Under the pieces are notes generated by a model, which saw only the letters and a program-made list of their open reading frames with translations, had not been told where the DNA came from and searched no databases. Positions 20,404 through 30,150 of a DNA stretch of 64,000 nucleotides are shown here, in pieces. The translations under genes were made by a program, and so were the position numbers. Position 1 is the first letter of the stretch. Every line of letters begins with the position of its first letter. This DNA is from Myxococcales bacterium (GTDB lineage Bacteria > Myxococcota_A > Polyangia > Polyangiales > DASUME01), in assembly GCA_047601445.1 (NCBI GenBank), contig JASGJH010000001.1, positions 4,544,001-4,608,000 of the forward strand, in the 5' to 3' direction.

Positions 20404-20886
20404 CTACCTCCCCAGGACTACTTTGCCGCCGCGAATCCGCGCGACTACGGCCACACTCGGGCCCGCCAGGCTGGCGGGCACGTAACTGATCGCGTCCTTC
20501 ATCACCTGCAGGGTGCGGACCGCAAGCTCGGGCGCCGCAACCTCGGCCGGAGCGCGCGCACCACCACGCACGCCCTGGTCGATCCAGAAGCGGGCGGCCG
20601 TGTCGGCGTCGAAGCCGAGCACCACTAGATCGAAGATGTTGCGCGCGGGCGAGCCCTTCGCGAGGTTGATGGGCGTGATCTTGGAGCCATCGCTCCAGAA
20701 GTGCTTCTTGCGCGTGAAGATCGCCTGCAGGTCGCCGGCGGACAGAGAGCCGACGCTCTTCAACTTCGAGGGGTGCACGATCACGGCGAGCTCGCTCACG
20801 TCCTGAGCGGTGCCGTGGGTAACACTGCCGAACAGCAGCGTAACGAGGAGGAGCCAGACGAGGGCTGTGAGGGATCGGTGTGCCAT
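20404..20886 (-). CDS. Small periplasmic binding-protein-like protein (PstS/PBP-like)
   Basis: Signal peptide; LAVIVHP..L.AIF..K..W.DG.KITPIN..AISYV pattern; TGATG overlap with porin stop. Confidence 0.7.
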   Translation of the reverse strand: MAHRSLTALVWLLLVTLLFGSVTHGTAQDVSELAVIVHPSKLKSVGSLSAGDLQAIFTRKKHFWSDGSKITPINLAKGSPARNIFDLVVLGFDADTAARFWIDQGVRGGARAPAEVAAPELAVRTLQVMKDAISYVPASLAGPSVAVVARIRGGKVVLGR

Positions 20887-22352
20887 CAGAATGCCAACAC
20901 CAGTCGAGAGATGAGGTTGAAGAACGTGTCCTTGTCGGACCGCTTCCAATCATGAGCAAAGTCGATGAACTGGAACGCGCTGAACTGGTTCTTCACGCTG
21001 ACGCGCGGTGTGATGAGGACGTTCAAGCCACCTGAGGCCTGGATTACGCCGTCGGCGTTGCTGAGCACGTTGACGCGACGAAACGCCTCAAACAGGAGGT
21101 AGGGCTCGATGTGCCAGTCAGGCCGCGTGTAGGCCGCGAGCACATAGCCATCCCACTTGATCTCGTTGGGCTGGGTCGCGCCGGGCTGGTTGCCCGTGAG
21201 CCGGTGGAACCCGTCGTCGTACTGGATGCGCTGCATCGCGCCTTCGGCGCGCACGCGGAGGTTCCCGATGTCGGCCGAGAGGTCCACGCCGAGGGCGTAT
21301 TCCCGGCCGCTGAACCAGGTCACGCGCTCGAGGTTGAAGGGGATCAGGCTAGCGACGCGCTTCTTGATGTCCTTGAAGTGGTCCCAGTACCAAGAACCGC
21401 CCAACGTGAAGCGGTTCTTGTAGCGGAGGTAGGCGCGGCCGCCGAAGGCCTTGTTGTTGTCCACGTCGGTGAGCGCGAAGTTGCGTCCGTTGCTCACCGT
21501 GAAGTGGTAGCCGATGTCCAGGAAGCCCTTGGTGATGACGCCTAGGAGTTCCATACCGATCTGGCGCGTCGGGAAGAACTCGGAGGCGAAGAACTCGGGA
21601 AGCACCATCGAGATCAACGTGGGCTGACCGTGGTCGACGTTCCAGATGCCGTAGGGCGTCAGGAAGATACCGGTGCGCAGGTTGAACCAGTCGCGCGGCT
21701 GCCACTGGGCCCAGGCGCGCTCGAGCAGGATGCCGCTCCACTGGATCTTGTTGCGGCCAGTGGTGCTCGAGGTGTCGTAGGTCGAGGTGTCGGTGCGCTG
21801 GTACTTGATGCTCGGGTCGCTGGGGAAATCGAAGCTGGTCTCGGTGCCGTTGGGCCAGAGCGAGAAGCGGGTTTCCACCAAGGCTCGGAACTGCTCGTGC
21901 GGCTGAGCGTCGAAGTAGAGGTTCAGGCCGCCGAACTGATAGGTGAAGCCGTCGGCGCGTCCGAAGCCGCGCGTGAAGGAGCGCGGGTCCTGGTACCTGA
22001 GGTACTGAGCACCCGTATCGAAGTAACCGTAGATCTTGAGGAGGTCAGGCGTGACCTCTTCGATCAGGCTCGTGTCCTCCGTCAAGGGCAGGGAAAGGGT
22101 CGGATCCTCGACGAGCGCCGCGGGCGGATTGGCCGTGAGCTCCGCCAGCTTGGCTTCCAGGGCGCGCACGCGCTCCAGAAGTTCAGCTTGGCTCACAGGA
22201 GCCGATTCGGTTACCTCAGCGGACTTTGGCGCCGACGCCGCGGGCGCAGGTTGGCTAGTCGCCGGCGGGGCCTCCTGGGCTCCCACAGGCGATACCAACC
22301 CCACACTTGCACCCAACAGTGTCAGCGCGCTCAAGAAACGAAGCGCGCTCAT
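20886..22352 (-). CDS. Outer-membrane porin-like beta-barrel with N-terminal coiled coil
   Basis: Signal peptide, ELLERVRALEAKL coil, ERAWAQW, G.FLTPYGIWN, NNKAFGGR, C-terminal Phe. Confidence 0.75.
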   Translation of the reverse strand: MSALRFLSALTLLGASVGLVSPVGAQEAPPATSQPAPAASAPKSAEVTESAPVSQAELLERVRALEAKLAELTANPPAALVEDPTLSLPLTEDTSLIEEVTPDLLKIYGYFDTGAQYLRYQDPRSFTRGFGRADGFTYQFGGLNLYFDAQPHEQFRALVETRFSLWPNGTETSFDFPSDPSIKYQRTDTSTYDTSSTTGRNKIQWSGILLERAWAQWQPRDWFNLRTGIFLTPYGIWNVDHGQPTLISMVLPEFFASEFFPTRQIGMELLGVITKGFLDIGYHFTVSNGRNFALTDVDNNKAFGGRAYLRYKNRFTLGGSWYWDHFKDIKKRVASLIPFNLERVTWFSGREYALGVDLSADIGNLRVRAEGAMQRIQYDDGFHRLTGNQPGATQPNEIKWDGYVLAAYTRPDWHIEPYLLFEAFRRVNVLSNADGVIQASGGLNVLITPRVSVKNQFSAFQFIDFAHDWKRSDKDTFFNLISRLVLAF

Positions 22353-22620
22353 TCCCCTCTACTTTGCGGGCATTCCTCGATGTTCGGTGCCCGTCATTCG
22401 GTACGCAGGATCTGAGCACGCTTCGATTCCTGAATGGAACGCAATTATGCCTGCTGACTCAATCGCGCTTGTGGGAGTTCGGCTCACCGACCTGGAGGGC
22501 TACGAACCAGCGGTTCAGCAACAGGCCTGCGTGCTCGTGCACGTGCTCGGCGGCCCTCGCCCCCTCACTTCTGCTCCCGTGGTCGTGCACGAGCACGACC
22601 TCGTCTCGCTGGAGCAACCG

Positions 22621-23301
22621 CTAGAGAATCCAATCCTGCACCTTGTTCCGCAGCTGTCCAAGCGAGGTCTGGCTGCGCCGCTCGCGCTCCAGCTCGATGC
22701 GCTGCGCGACGTCGTGAAAGAACTGCGGGTCCGTGTAGAAGCGCCGCACGGTGTCGCGTTCCAGCACGCGCTTGCCCTGGCGCGAGGTGGCCGCGACCCA
22801 GAACAGCGCGCCCCATTCCACGGCCACCGCCGTCGCGCCGGCAGGCAAGAGCAGCATGTCCTTGGCGCTACGCGCGGCGTCCGTAGCGACACGGCTCGCG
22901 ATCATCGCGCACAGCTCCCCGAGCGTGAGAGCGACGCCGTCGAACGTCCTGCCGTACTTGCGAAACACGTAGTCGAGCGTGGCTTCGTCGAAGCCGCCCT
23001 CGTCGTCCACCAATTCGGTGTCCGGATGCCGCACGAAGCCCGTGGCCGGCAATGCGAGGTTGCGCGGATCGAGGGCACGCCCTTGCAGCAAGGAGAGACC
23101 TGCCACGCCGAAATTGATCGCGAGCGCAGCTGGCGCGCTGAGCAAGGTGCCGAAACCTAGACGCTCCAGGCCACGCCGACTCTCCCGGGGAGAGATCATG
23201 CGATCCTGGTTCTCGTCGAAGAAGGCCAGATGCTCGTGGAAGCCGATCACGCGCAGCGAAAGATCACCGACGGCTCGGAGGGGGAGATTGGCGCGGCTCA
23301 T
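22621..23301 (-). CDS. Caleosin/peroxygenase-family protein
   Basis: HLAFFDENQDRMISPRE (His plus EF-hand-like loop), hydrophobic segment, RHPD..DDEGGFD, EWGALF, LERDTVRRFY. Confidence 0.7.
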   Translation of the reverse strand: MSRANLPLRAVGDLSLRVIGFHEHLAFFDENQDRMISPRESRRGLERLGFGTLLSAPAALAINFGVAGLSLLQGRALDPRNLALPATGFVRHPDTELVDDEGGFDEATLDYVFRKYGRTFDGVALTLGELCAMIASRVATDAARSAKDMLLLPAGATAVAVEWGALFWVAATSRQGKRVLERDTVRRFYTDPQFFHDVAQRIELERERRSQTSLGQLRNKVQDWIL

Positions 23302-24233
23302 GGGATACCTCTGCGTGCTGTGGGGGAGTGGATGACGGACTCGCGGCTGGGGGGCCGCTCGCTGATGGCGTGTTCGCTGGGCTTCACGAGCACGCCTGTG
23401 CGCTTCGCATGCACCTTGGTGAACTCGGCGCCGAAGAACAGGATTTGAGCCGAGTAGTAGACCCAGATCACCAGCACGATCACCGAGCCCGCGGCGCCGT
23501 AAGGCGAAGCGATGCCGCTGTGTCCCAGGTAGAAGCCAAGCGCGAACTTACCGACCGAGAACAAGAACGCGGTGAGCACACCGCCACCCCAGACCTGCCC
23601 GAAGCGCAGCTTCACGTCGGGTACGACCTGGAAGATCAAGGCGAACAGCAGGCTGATCACCACGAAGGCGACGCCGAAGTTGAGGGCTTGCCAGACACCG
23701 TCTCCGCCGGGCAAGAGCTGCTCAAAGCGACTACCTAGCGCAGAAAGTACGGCGCTCAGCACCAGTGAGACAAGCAGCACAAATGCCACGCTGAGCACCA
23801 TGGTGAAGGACGTGAAACGGTCGCGAACCACACCCCAGATCCCGCGCCCGGGCTTGGCTGTGACCTTCCAGATCGAGTTCAAAGCCGACTGCAATTCCCC
23901 GAACACGCCTGAAGCGCCGAAGAACAGCACGCCGACGCCGACCAGCGTGCCCCAGAATCCGCTGTCTGGCGCGCGCGCGTGCAAGATCACTTCCTGCACG
24001 CTGCGACCCGCCTCCGGCCCGACGAATTTGGCGACTTCTTGGGCGATTTGCCCGCGCGCCGCCTCGTCGCCGAGCACCATGCCCGCCAGTGAGACGGCGA
24101 GCACCATGATGGGCGCCAGGGAGAGCAGCGTGTAGTACGCGAGAGATGACGCCAGACGCGTGGCGTTGTCACCGTACCAGGCGATCCCGGCGTGCTTCAG
24201 ATCAGAGAAAAATCCACTGACTTGGAACCCCAT
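23298..24233 (-). CDS. YihY/BrkB family inner membrane protein
   Basis: ASSLAYYTLLSLAP, LQSALNSIW, YGAAGSVIVLVIWVYYSAQILFFGAEF. Confidence 0.92.
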   Translation of the reverse strand: MGFQVSGFFSDLKHAGIAWYGDNATRLASSLAYYTLLSLAPIMVLAVSLAGMVLGDEAARGQIAQEVAKFVGPEAGRSVQEVILHARAPDSGFWGTLVGVGVLFFGASGVFGELQSALNSIWKVTAKPGRGIWGVVRDRFTSFTMVLSVAFVLLVSLVLSAVLSALGSRFEQLLPGGDGVWQALNFGVAFVVISLLFALIFQVVPDVKLRFGQVWGGGVLTAFLFSVGKFALGFYLGHSGIASPYGAAGSVIVLVIWVYYSAQILFFGAEFTKVHAKRTGVLVKPSEHAISERPPSRESVIHSPTARRGIP

Positions 24234-24492
24234 CGTCCTGGGTAGCTGCAAGAGGCGGGCCCACGCCCTCGGACGAAAGAGTGGGCGACGTCACCTCACC
24301 GAATAGACCGGCCGCCGGCGACACTGGCCCACGAGCGAGAGAAGGAGAACGATGGGTAACCTCGCTCGTAAACCTGGTGCCGCCGGCGGTGAGAGCGCGT
24401 TTCACGCACCGCGTCCTCCACACCGCCGTGGAGGACGAAGTTCGACCCTCTGTCGAGGATCTCGGCGCCATGCTGCGCGCCCGGTAAGGGTG

Positions 24493-25834
24493 TTACGGCT
24501 TCATCAGCCGCTTGAGCAAGCTGAGCTTGTCGTTGTTGACGGTCTTGAAGTCGTCGTTGAGCAGACCGCCGGTGTCGCCCGAGTTGGGGTTCAAGCACCA
24601 ATAGAAGAAGTTGTGGGCCTTCTTCTCGACGAGATAGGACACGAAGGCGTCCTGCCACTTCTTGTCCGCATCCATGTAACGGCCACCGAACTCTCCGGGC
24701 ACGAGCGGCTCGTCGCCATCGAGCAAGTAGCCGAAGTGCGCGCCCCAGATGGCGGGCATGTTGTTCGGGAAGTCGGCGACGGAGAAGTAGGGCTGCGCGT
24801 AGACGCTCGGGCCGTACACGTGGGGGCTGTACACGAGGCGTGACTTCGGAAGCTTCACGGGAGCCGCGGCCACGCCCGTGAGGTTCTCGCCCCAGAACAC
24901 CGGCGCGCTACCGCTGAAGCCTTCGGAGCCCACGCCCTCGACGAAGGTCAGGATCTTGGGGTTGGTGGTGAGCACGGTCTTGCCGCCCTCCTCCGCCAGA
25001 GCCTTCCAGTCTTCCCAACGCAGACCGTATGGTTCGTTGAAGAGATCGATGCCCACCACGTAAGGCGCGTAGGTCTTGGCTAGCTCGGCCAAGGTCTTCA
25101 GGTTGGCCAGCCACTTCGTCTTGCCGTAGCCAGTGCAAGCAGGATCGAGCGGACCGGTCTTCTTGAAGCCGACAGCCGACGAACACGTGTGGATGTCCCA
25201 CAGCATGTAGATGCCCGCGGCCTTGGCCGCCTTGGCGAGCTCTTCGAACCCTTCGCGCCCCGTGTCCACCTCTCCGCGCTTGGCCCAGTCGGCACTGGGG
25301 TAGCCCGGGTCGATGCTCTCCGGCGAGAGCGGCACACGCAGGGCGGTAAAGCCCAGGCCTTTGATCTGGTCGAGAAAGTCCGCGACGCTGCGCTTGGCCT
25401 CGGTGGGACCGAACAGCGCGCGCGACTCCGTCTCGAGGCCGAACCAGTTGAGGCCATACAAGCGAACCTCTTTGTCACCGTAGTAGATGCTGCGGCCCTT
25501 CACCCACCAGCTGTCGGTGCGCGTGACTTGCACGCCGAAGATCTCGTCGGGCCCCTGCGCGGGGACCTGCTCCGTGTCTCCATCTCCCGCGCCAGGCTCC
25601 ATGTCACTGGCGTCAGGAGCTGCCTCACCGGCGTCGTCATCCTGCTCGGGGTCGCTCGAATCGCCTCGATCGCCGTCGCCATCGCCATCGCCTTCGTCAC
25701 GGTCGGAGTCTCCGTCGCCGTCGGTCGGATTCGACGTGCTCGCCCAACTTCGGTGCGGTTGGCTCGTCTGCACAGCCCGGAAAAAGCCAGCACGAGAGGA
25801 CGAGCACGGAGAGCTTGGCGACCAGACGACGCAT
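24493..25834 (-). CDS. GH5 endoglucanase-like lipoprotein; +1 frameshift at ~25730
   Basis: GLNWFGLET, DLFNEP, YSPHVYGP, GEFGG, WCLNPNSGDTGGLL; signal MRRLVAKLSVLVLSCWLFPGC lies in another frame and joins if one base is removed. Confidence 0.85.
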
Positions 25835-25932
25835 GGTGTCCAAAGTGGCGCGCGCCCTTCCGACCGGGTCACAGCGTGCGCAACTTTCCCAGCCCGTGAC
25901 CCATCGCCCTCACGCTTGCCCACTCAGCTGCC

Positions 25933-27229
25933 ATGACGCGTGTCTATTCGATCTGGTGGCTTGCCCTCGTGAGCCCTGCCCTGGCCTGCTCCGCTTCCGA
26001 CGACCCCAGCACGAGCCGAGGCATCGGCCACGTGGGCGAGGGAGACGGGGATGGCCCCCCCTCAGGAGATGGCGACGACCCGGCGGGGGGCGGCGGCCCA
26101 CTGTGCGGCGACGGAGCGCTCGACCCGGGAGAGGACTGCGACGACGGCAACCGAAGCTCCAAGGATGGTTGCAGCGCGAGCTGCCGCAGTGAACTCGACT
26201 GCAGCACCGGCACCTGTGTCTCGGAGTGCGGCGACGGGCTCGTGTTCGACGAGGCCTGCGACGACGGCAACGTGCGCGACGGAGACGGATGCTCACACGA
26301 CTGCGAAGTCGAGGCTGGCTTCACGTGCGTCACGGGCGGCGACTGCGATGCGCTGGACGGCCCCTGCACGATTCGGGTCCCGGTGACCTTTCGAGACTTC
26401 AAACCGGAACATCCCGACTTCGAGGTTGGCTGCGGCTCGCTGGTGCAAGGTGTCGTGGAAGAGAGCCTGAACGACATGGGCAAGCCCGTGCTCAAGAACG
26501 GCGGGCCCGCTTGCATCGAGTCCAAGACGACCTTCGCCGAGTGGTACACGGATGGCCCCAACAACCGGCCCATCTCGGGCGAGATTCGAACTCTACCTGA
26601 CGGCGAACGGGACCTACGTGAATCGCTATGGACCGCGCGGCGAGCCTTGGAAGGACGCCCAGGGACAGCGCGAGTATGACGGGAATCCACTCTTCTTCCC
26701 CATCGACGACGCGCCCAACGCCTGGCCCGACATGCGCTACCCGGCGAAGATCCCCGAGCAGTACGGCTACAACGGCTGGCCCTGGGAGAGCTCCATCCAC
26801 CCGGATGCGCCCAAGCACAACTTCTCGTTCACCACGGAGGTCGTGTACTGGTTTCGCTACGAGGCGTCGGCCAACGCGAAGCTGGAGTTCGCGGGCGACG
26901 ATGATGTCTGGGTGTTCGTGAACGGCCAACTGGCCGTGGACCTGGGCGGCGTGCATGTGCCCGAGTCAGGCAGCGTGACCCTCGACCCGAGCACAGCGCA
27001 GCGCTTCGGCCTTCAGAACGGCAAGGTGTACGAGATCCGCGTCTTCCATGCGGAGCGCAAGATGGAGGGCTCGTCGTTCAAGCTCACGCTGGCTGGCTTC
27101 AACATGCAGCGCAGCGAGTGCCGCCCAGTGTGCGGCGACGGCGAAGTGCAAATGGGCGAAGATTGCGATGACGGCAATCGCAATGATGGGGATGGCTGTC
27201 CCGCGGATTGTCTTGCTCCGATACTTTGA
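25933..27229 (+). CDS. Fibro-slime domain lipoprotein with myxobacterial CGDG..CDDGN repeats; +1 frameshift at ~26586
   Basis: Lipobox ALAC; three CGDG..CDDGN repeats; RDFKPEHPDFE, FFPIDD, HNFSFTTE, GDDDVWVFVNG, FHAER. Confidence 0.85.
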
Positions 27230-27246
27230 AGAGGCCCCGAAAGGCG

Positions 27247-27314
27247 GCCATCTGCCATCTGTGAGGGGGCCATCTGCTATCTGCCATCTGCCATCTGCGA
27301 GCGGCCATCGGCCA
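27247..27314 (+). repeat. Heptamer (GCCATCT) tandem array, left arm
   Basis: Repeated gccatct units interspersed with gcgagcg. Confidence 0.85.
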
Positions 27315-27343
27315 CGAACGCAGCACATCACGGAAGGGCTCGC

Positions 27344-28007
27344 GGCGGTGTCGGGAATTTTGTGTAGGCGACCAGGTGGGCGACATGAAAGGAAGGGAAA
27401 AAGAACTGCCCGAGGATAGCCGGAGGCTGAGAAAGCCAAGAACAGCCATGCAGAGAAGGCTGCGCTCAGGCAAGAGTGGGTCGACGAGCTCGTGGCGGGC
27501 TGCCGGACGGAAGCCGACCTTGTCGGACCGGATGGGGTGTTTACGAAGCTCAAGGGCGCGGTGATGAGCCAGCTGCTCGAAGCCGAGATCACTCACCATC
27601 TCGGGCATGAGCGCAACGCGCCTCGAAAGGGCTCCAATGCCCGCAACGGCCACTCCCGCAAGACGGTGCATACCGAGACCGGCAATGTCGTGGTGAGCGT
27701 GGCGACAGACCGCGACGGCACTTTCGAGCCGCAGCTCATCGGCAAGCACCAGCGCCGCTTGGAAGAGTTCGATGAGAAAGTCCTAGCGCTCTACGCGCGC
27801 GGTATGACAACGCGGGTCATCTCGTCGCACCTTCGCGAACTGTACCGCATCGAGGTCTCACACGACCTCATCAGCAAGGCCACCGAGCACGTCATCGATG
27901 AGTTCCGCGCATGGCAAGAGCGCCCGCTCGAGGCGGTCTATCCGGTCATCAACCTCGATGCCATTTTCGTGGGCGTGCGCGATGGTGCTCAGGTGAAGAA
28001 GCGAGCG
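27344..28007 (+). mobile_element. IS256-family remnant: left end plus truncated, frameshifted transposase
   Basis: End-like GGCGGTGTCGGGAATTTTGTGTA; LLEAEITHHLG, RNG, DRDGTFEPQLI, LYARGMTTR, WQERPL..YPVI.LDA; similarity stops after VKKRA and no right end seen. Confidence 0.85.
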
Positions 28008-28144
28008 TCCTGCCACCCCGCCGAAACTGCCGAGCGGACTGCCATCAGGTGGCCGGGAAGTGCCACGCGCTGCCCGCCGTCCGCGTACGGCCGATGCCGA
28101 CTGCTGCGAGCTGCTCCGCTGACTGCTGTTAACCGAAGCCGTTC

Positions 28145-28405
28145 GCTGACAGCTGACAGCTAGCAGCTGATGGCAGATGGCGGATGCCAGATGGCTGATC
28201 GCTGATCGCTACTCGCTGATCGCTACTCGCTGATCGCTACTCGCTGATTGCGGATGGCTGCTCGCATATCGCAGATGGCAGATGGCCGATGGCCGCTCGC
28301 AGATGGCAGATGGCAGATGGCCGCTCGCAGATGGCAGATGGCAGATGGCAGATGGCCGCTCGCAGATGGCAGATGGCCGCTCGCAGATGGCCGCTCGCAG
28401 ATGGC
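28145..28405 (-). repeat. Heptamer-based tandem arrays, right arm (inverted relative to left arm)
   Basis: gctgaca, gctgatc, (gctgatcgctactc)x3 and many agatggc/cgctcgc units. Confidence 0.9.
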
Positions 28406-28410
28406 CCTCC

Positions 28411-28851
28411 TCAGAAACGCAGCGCCCACGAAACCCCAGCACCACCAGGCAACCTCATGGGTTCGATGCTGGCGTGCCGGTGAGCGCGGGCGGCGCGCCA
28501 CGCTTTGTAGCGCTGGCGGTGAATGAGGCCGATGACGAGGGCGGGAACGCCTGCGGCCACCGAGATGGTCGCGAGTGTTACCGAGAAGCGAACGCATGGT
28601 TCTCGGGTCTTCCAGGGGTCGAGCCAGGAATCGGTGCCGCACGTGTGCAACAGCGCCATGCTCTCGGTGGCGCCCAGCAGTAGGGCCGTGCCCACGACGA
28701 TGCCGGCGATGCCGCGTGGGGGGCGTGGCTCGAGCTCGGGAGGAGCGAAACCGAGGCTGGCCTCCTGGTACGACTGCGCCCCTGCGCGCGGGGTCTGCAC
28801 GGCGAGACCACCGACCAGCAGCAGCAAACCCAACCCGAACGAGCGCAGCAT
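28411..28851 (-). CDS. Hypothetical exported/membrane protein
   Basis: Signal peptide, two hydrophobic segments, C-terminal GAGVSWALRF. Confidence 0.6.
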   Translation of the reverse strand: MLRSFGLGLLLLVGGLAVQTPRAGAQSYQEASLGFAPPELEPRPPRGIAGIVVGTALLLGATESMALLHTCGTDSWLDPWKTREPCVRFSVTLATISVAAGVPALVIGLIHRQRYKAWRAARAHRHASIEPMRLPGGAGVSWALRF

Positions 28852-29172
28852 GGGGCGAGCCTATCAGACGCTTTCCCGGGCGCCCGTCGCCACGCATTCG
28901 GTAGGCCAGCGCGAGCCTTGTACTTGGGGAAAGGGAAAAAATCGTCACCCGCTTGTTTCAACGCACGTTTTTACGAGACGCTCGCGTGAGCGCGGGGTAC
29001 CCGACCCCACCCAAACCGGGACCCACAGCGGTTTCTTCCACCGAGGGCCGCGGGATCGGCCGGAGCCGAGGGTGCACCCTGACCGGCCCCTGCGGCGCGG
29101 TTCTCACGAGGGCACCTCCCGTGCTACGGCTAGGGCGCGTTTCCGCGGCTCGCGCGTGCGCTTCGACAAAGG

Positions 29173-30045
29173 GTGTTTCCGGTGTCCGCACTCCTCACCA
29201 TCCCGTGGTTCAAACTCGAAGGCTGGACCATCCCCGGCACACACGTGGGCCTGCAGCCCTTCGGCATGTTGGTCGCCTTCGCTGTCTGGATCGGCACCGT
29301 GTCCGCCACCAAGCACGGCCTCAAGTACGGCATGCGCAAGGAAGTGGTGGAGGACTGCGCCACGCACGTGGTGATCATCGGCTTCATCCTCGGTCACATC
29401 TTCGACCTGGTGACCTACTACCCCGACGAGCTGCTCGAGAAGCCCTGGAAGATCTTCTTCGTCTGGGAGAATCTCTCGTCCTTCGGCGGCGTGTTCGGGT
29501 CCGTCATCGGCGGCTTCTACTGGCGCTACAAGCGCGGCGTGCCGCTCTTGCCGGTCTACGAGAACATCGCCTACGGCTTTCCGCTCGCGTGGATCTTCGG
29601 GCGACTCGGTTGCTTCGTGGTGCACGACCATCCGGGCAAGGAGACCGACTTCTTCCTCGGCGTGGAGAACTACCAGTACCCGGGATTGCCCGTGGCCACG
29701 CGCCACGACCTGGGTCTATACGAGGTGTTCTGGGCCATCGCGGTGACCCTGATCTTCTGGAGCCTCTCCTACAAGAAGCGTCCCTGGGGCTTCTATTCTG
29801 CGTTGTTCGCGCTGTTCTACGCGCCCTACCGGTTCTTCCTCGACTTCCTGCGCGTGGCCGACTCGACCTACAGCGGCCTCACCCCGGGCCACTACTCGTC
29901 GCTGGCTGCGGTGGGCATCGGCGTGTCCCTGCTGATTTACATGAAGCGCCACGGCGACGACCCGCTCGTGCCCGAGGTGCGCACGGACACCAACCTGCCC
30001 TGGCCGCCCGAGCGCAACAAGAAGCTCGCTGGCGCGCGCCCCTGA
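29173..30045 (+). CDS. lgt: Prolipoprotein diacylglyceryl transferase
   Basis: LSSFGG, FGRLGCF..HDHPG, HDLGLYE, YAPYRFFLDFLR. Confidence 0.85.
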   Translation: MFPVSALLTIPWFKLEGWTIPGTHVGLQPFGMLVAFAVWIGTVSATKHGLKYGMRKEVVEDCATHVVIIGFILGHIFDLVTYYPDELLEKPWKIFFVWENLSSFGGVFGSVIGGFYWRYKRGVPLLPVYENIAYGFPLAWIFGRLGCFVVHDHPGKETDFFLGVENYQYPGLPVATRHDLGLYEVFWAIAVTLIFWSLSYKKRPWGFYSALFALFYAPYRFFLDFLRVADSTYSGLTPGHYSSLAAVGIGVSLLIYMKRHGDDPLVPEVRTDTNLPWPPERNKKLAGARP

Positions 30046-30150
30046 GCCGCGCTCGTCTGAGGTTGTTTTCAAGGGCCAATCTGCCGCGTGCGATTGGCCC
30101 GAACTGCTTCATGGCTTGACGCGGGACCGTGGCGAGAGTTTGTTGTAGCC

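Noticed and set aside
24281..24487. 68-aa ORF
   Set aside because: No recognisable features; cannot support it.
4655..26600. Programmed frameshifting or phase variation in lipoprotein genes
   Set aside because: No slippery heptamers or homopolymer/SSR tracts at the shift sites; the shared GATC context fits a technical error better.
28209..28530. MADGRW/SAICHL-repeat ORFs
   Set aside because: Translations of the heptamer DNA arrays in several frames, with no independent coding evidence.
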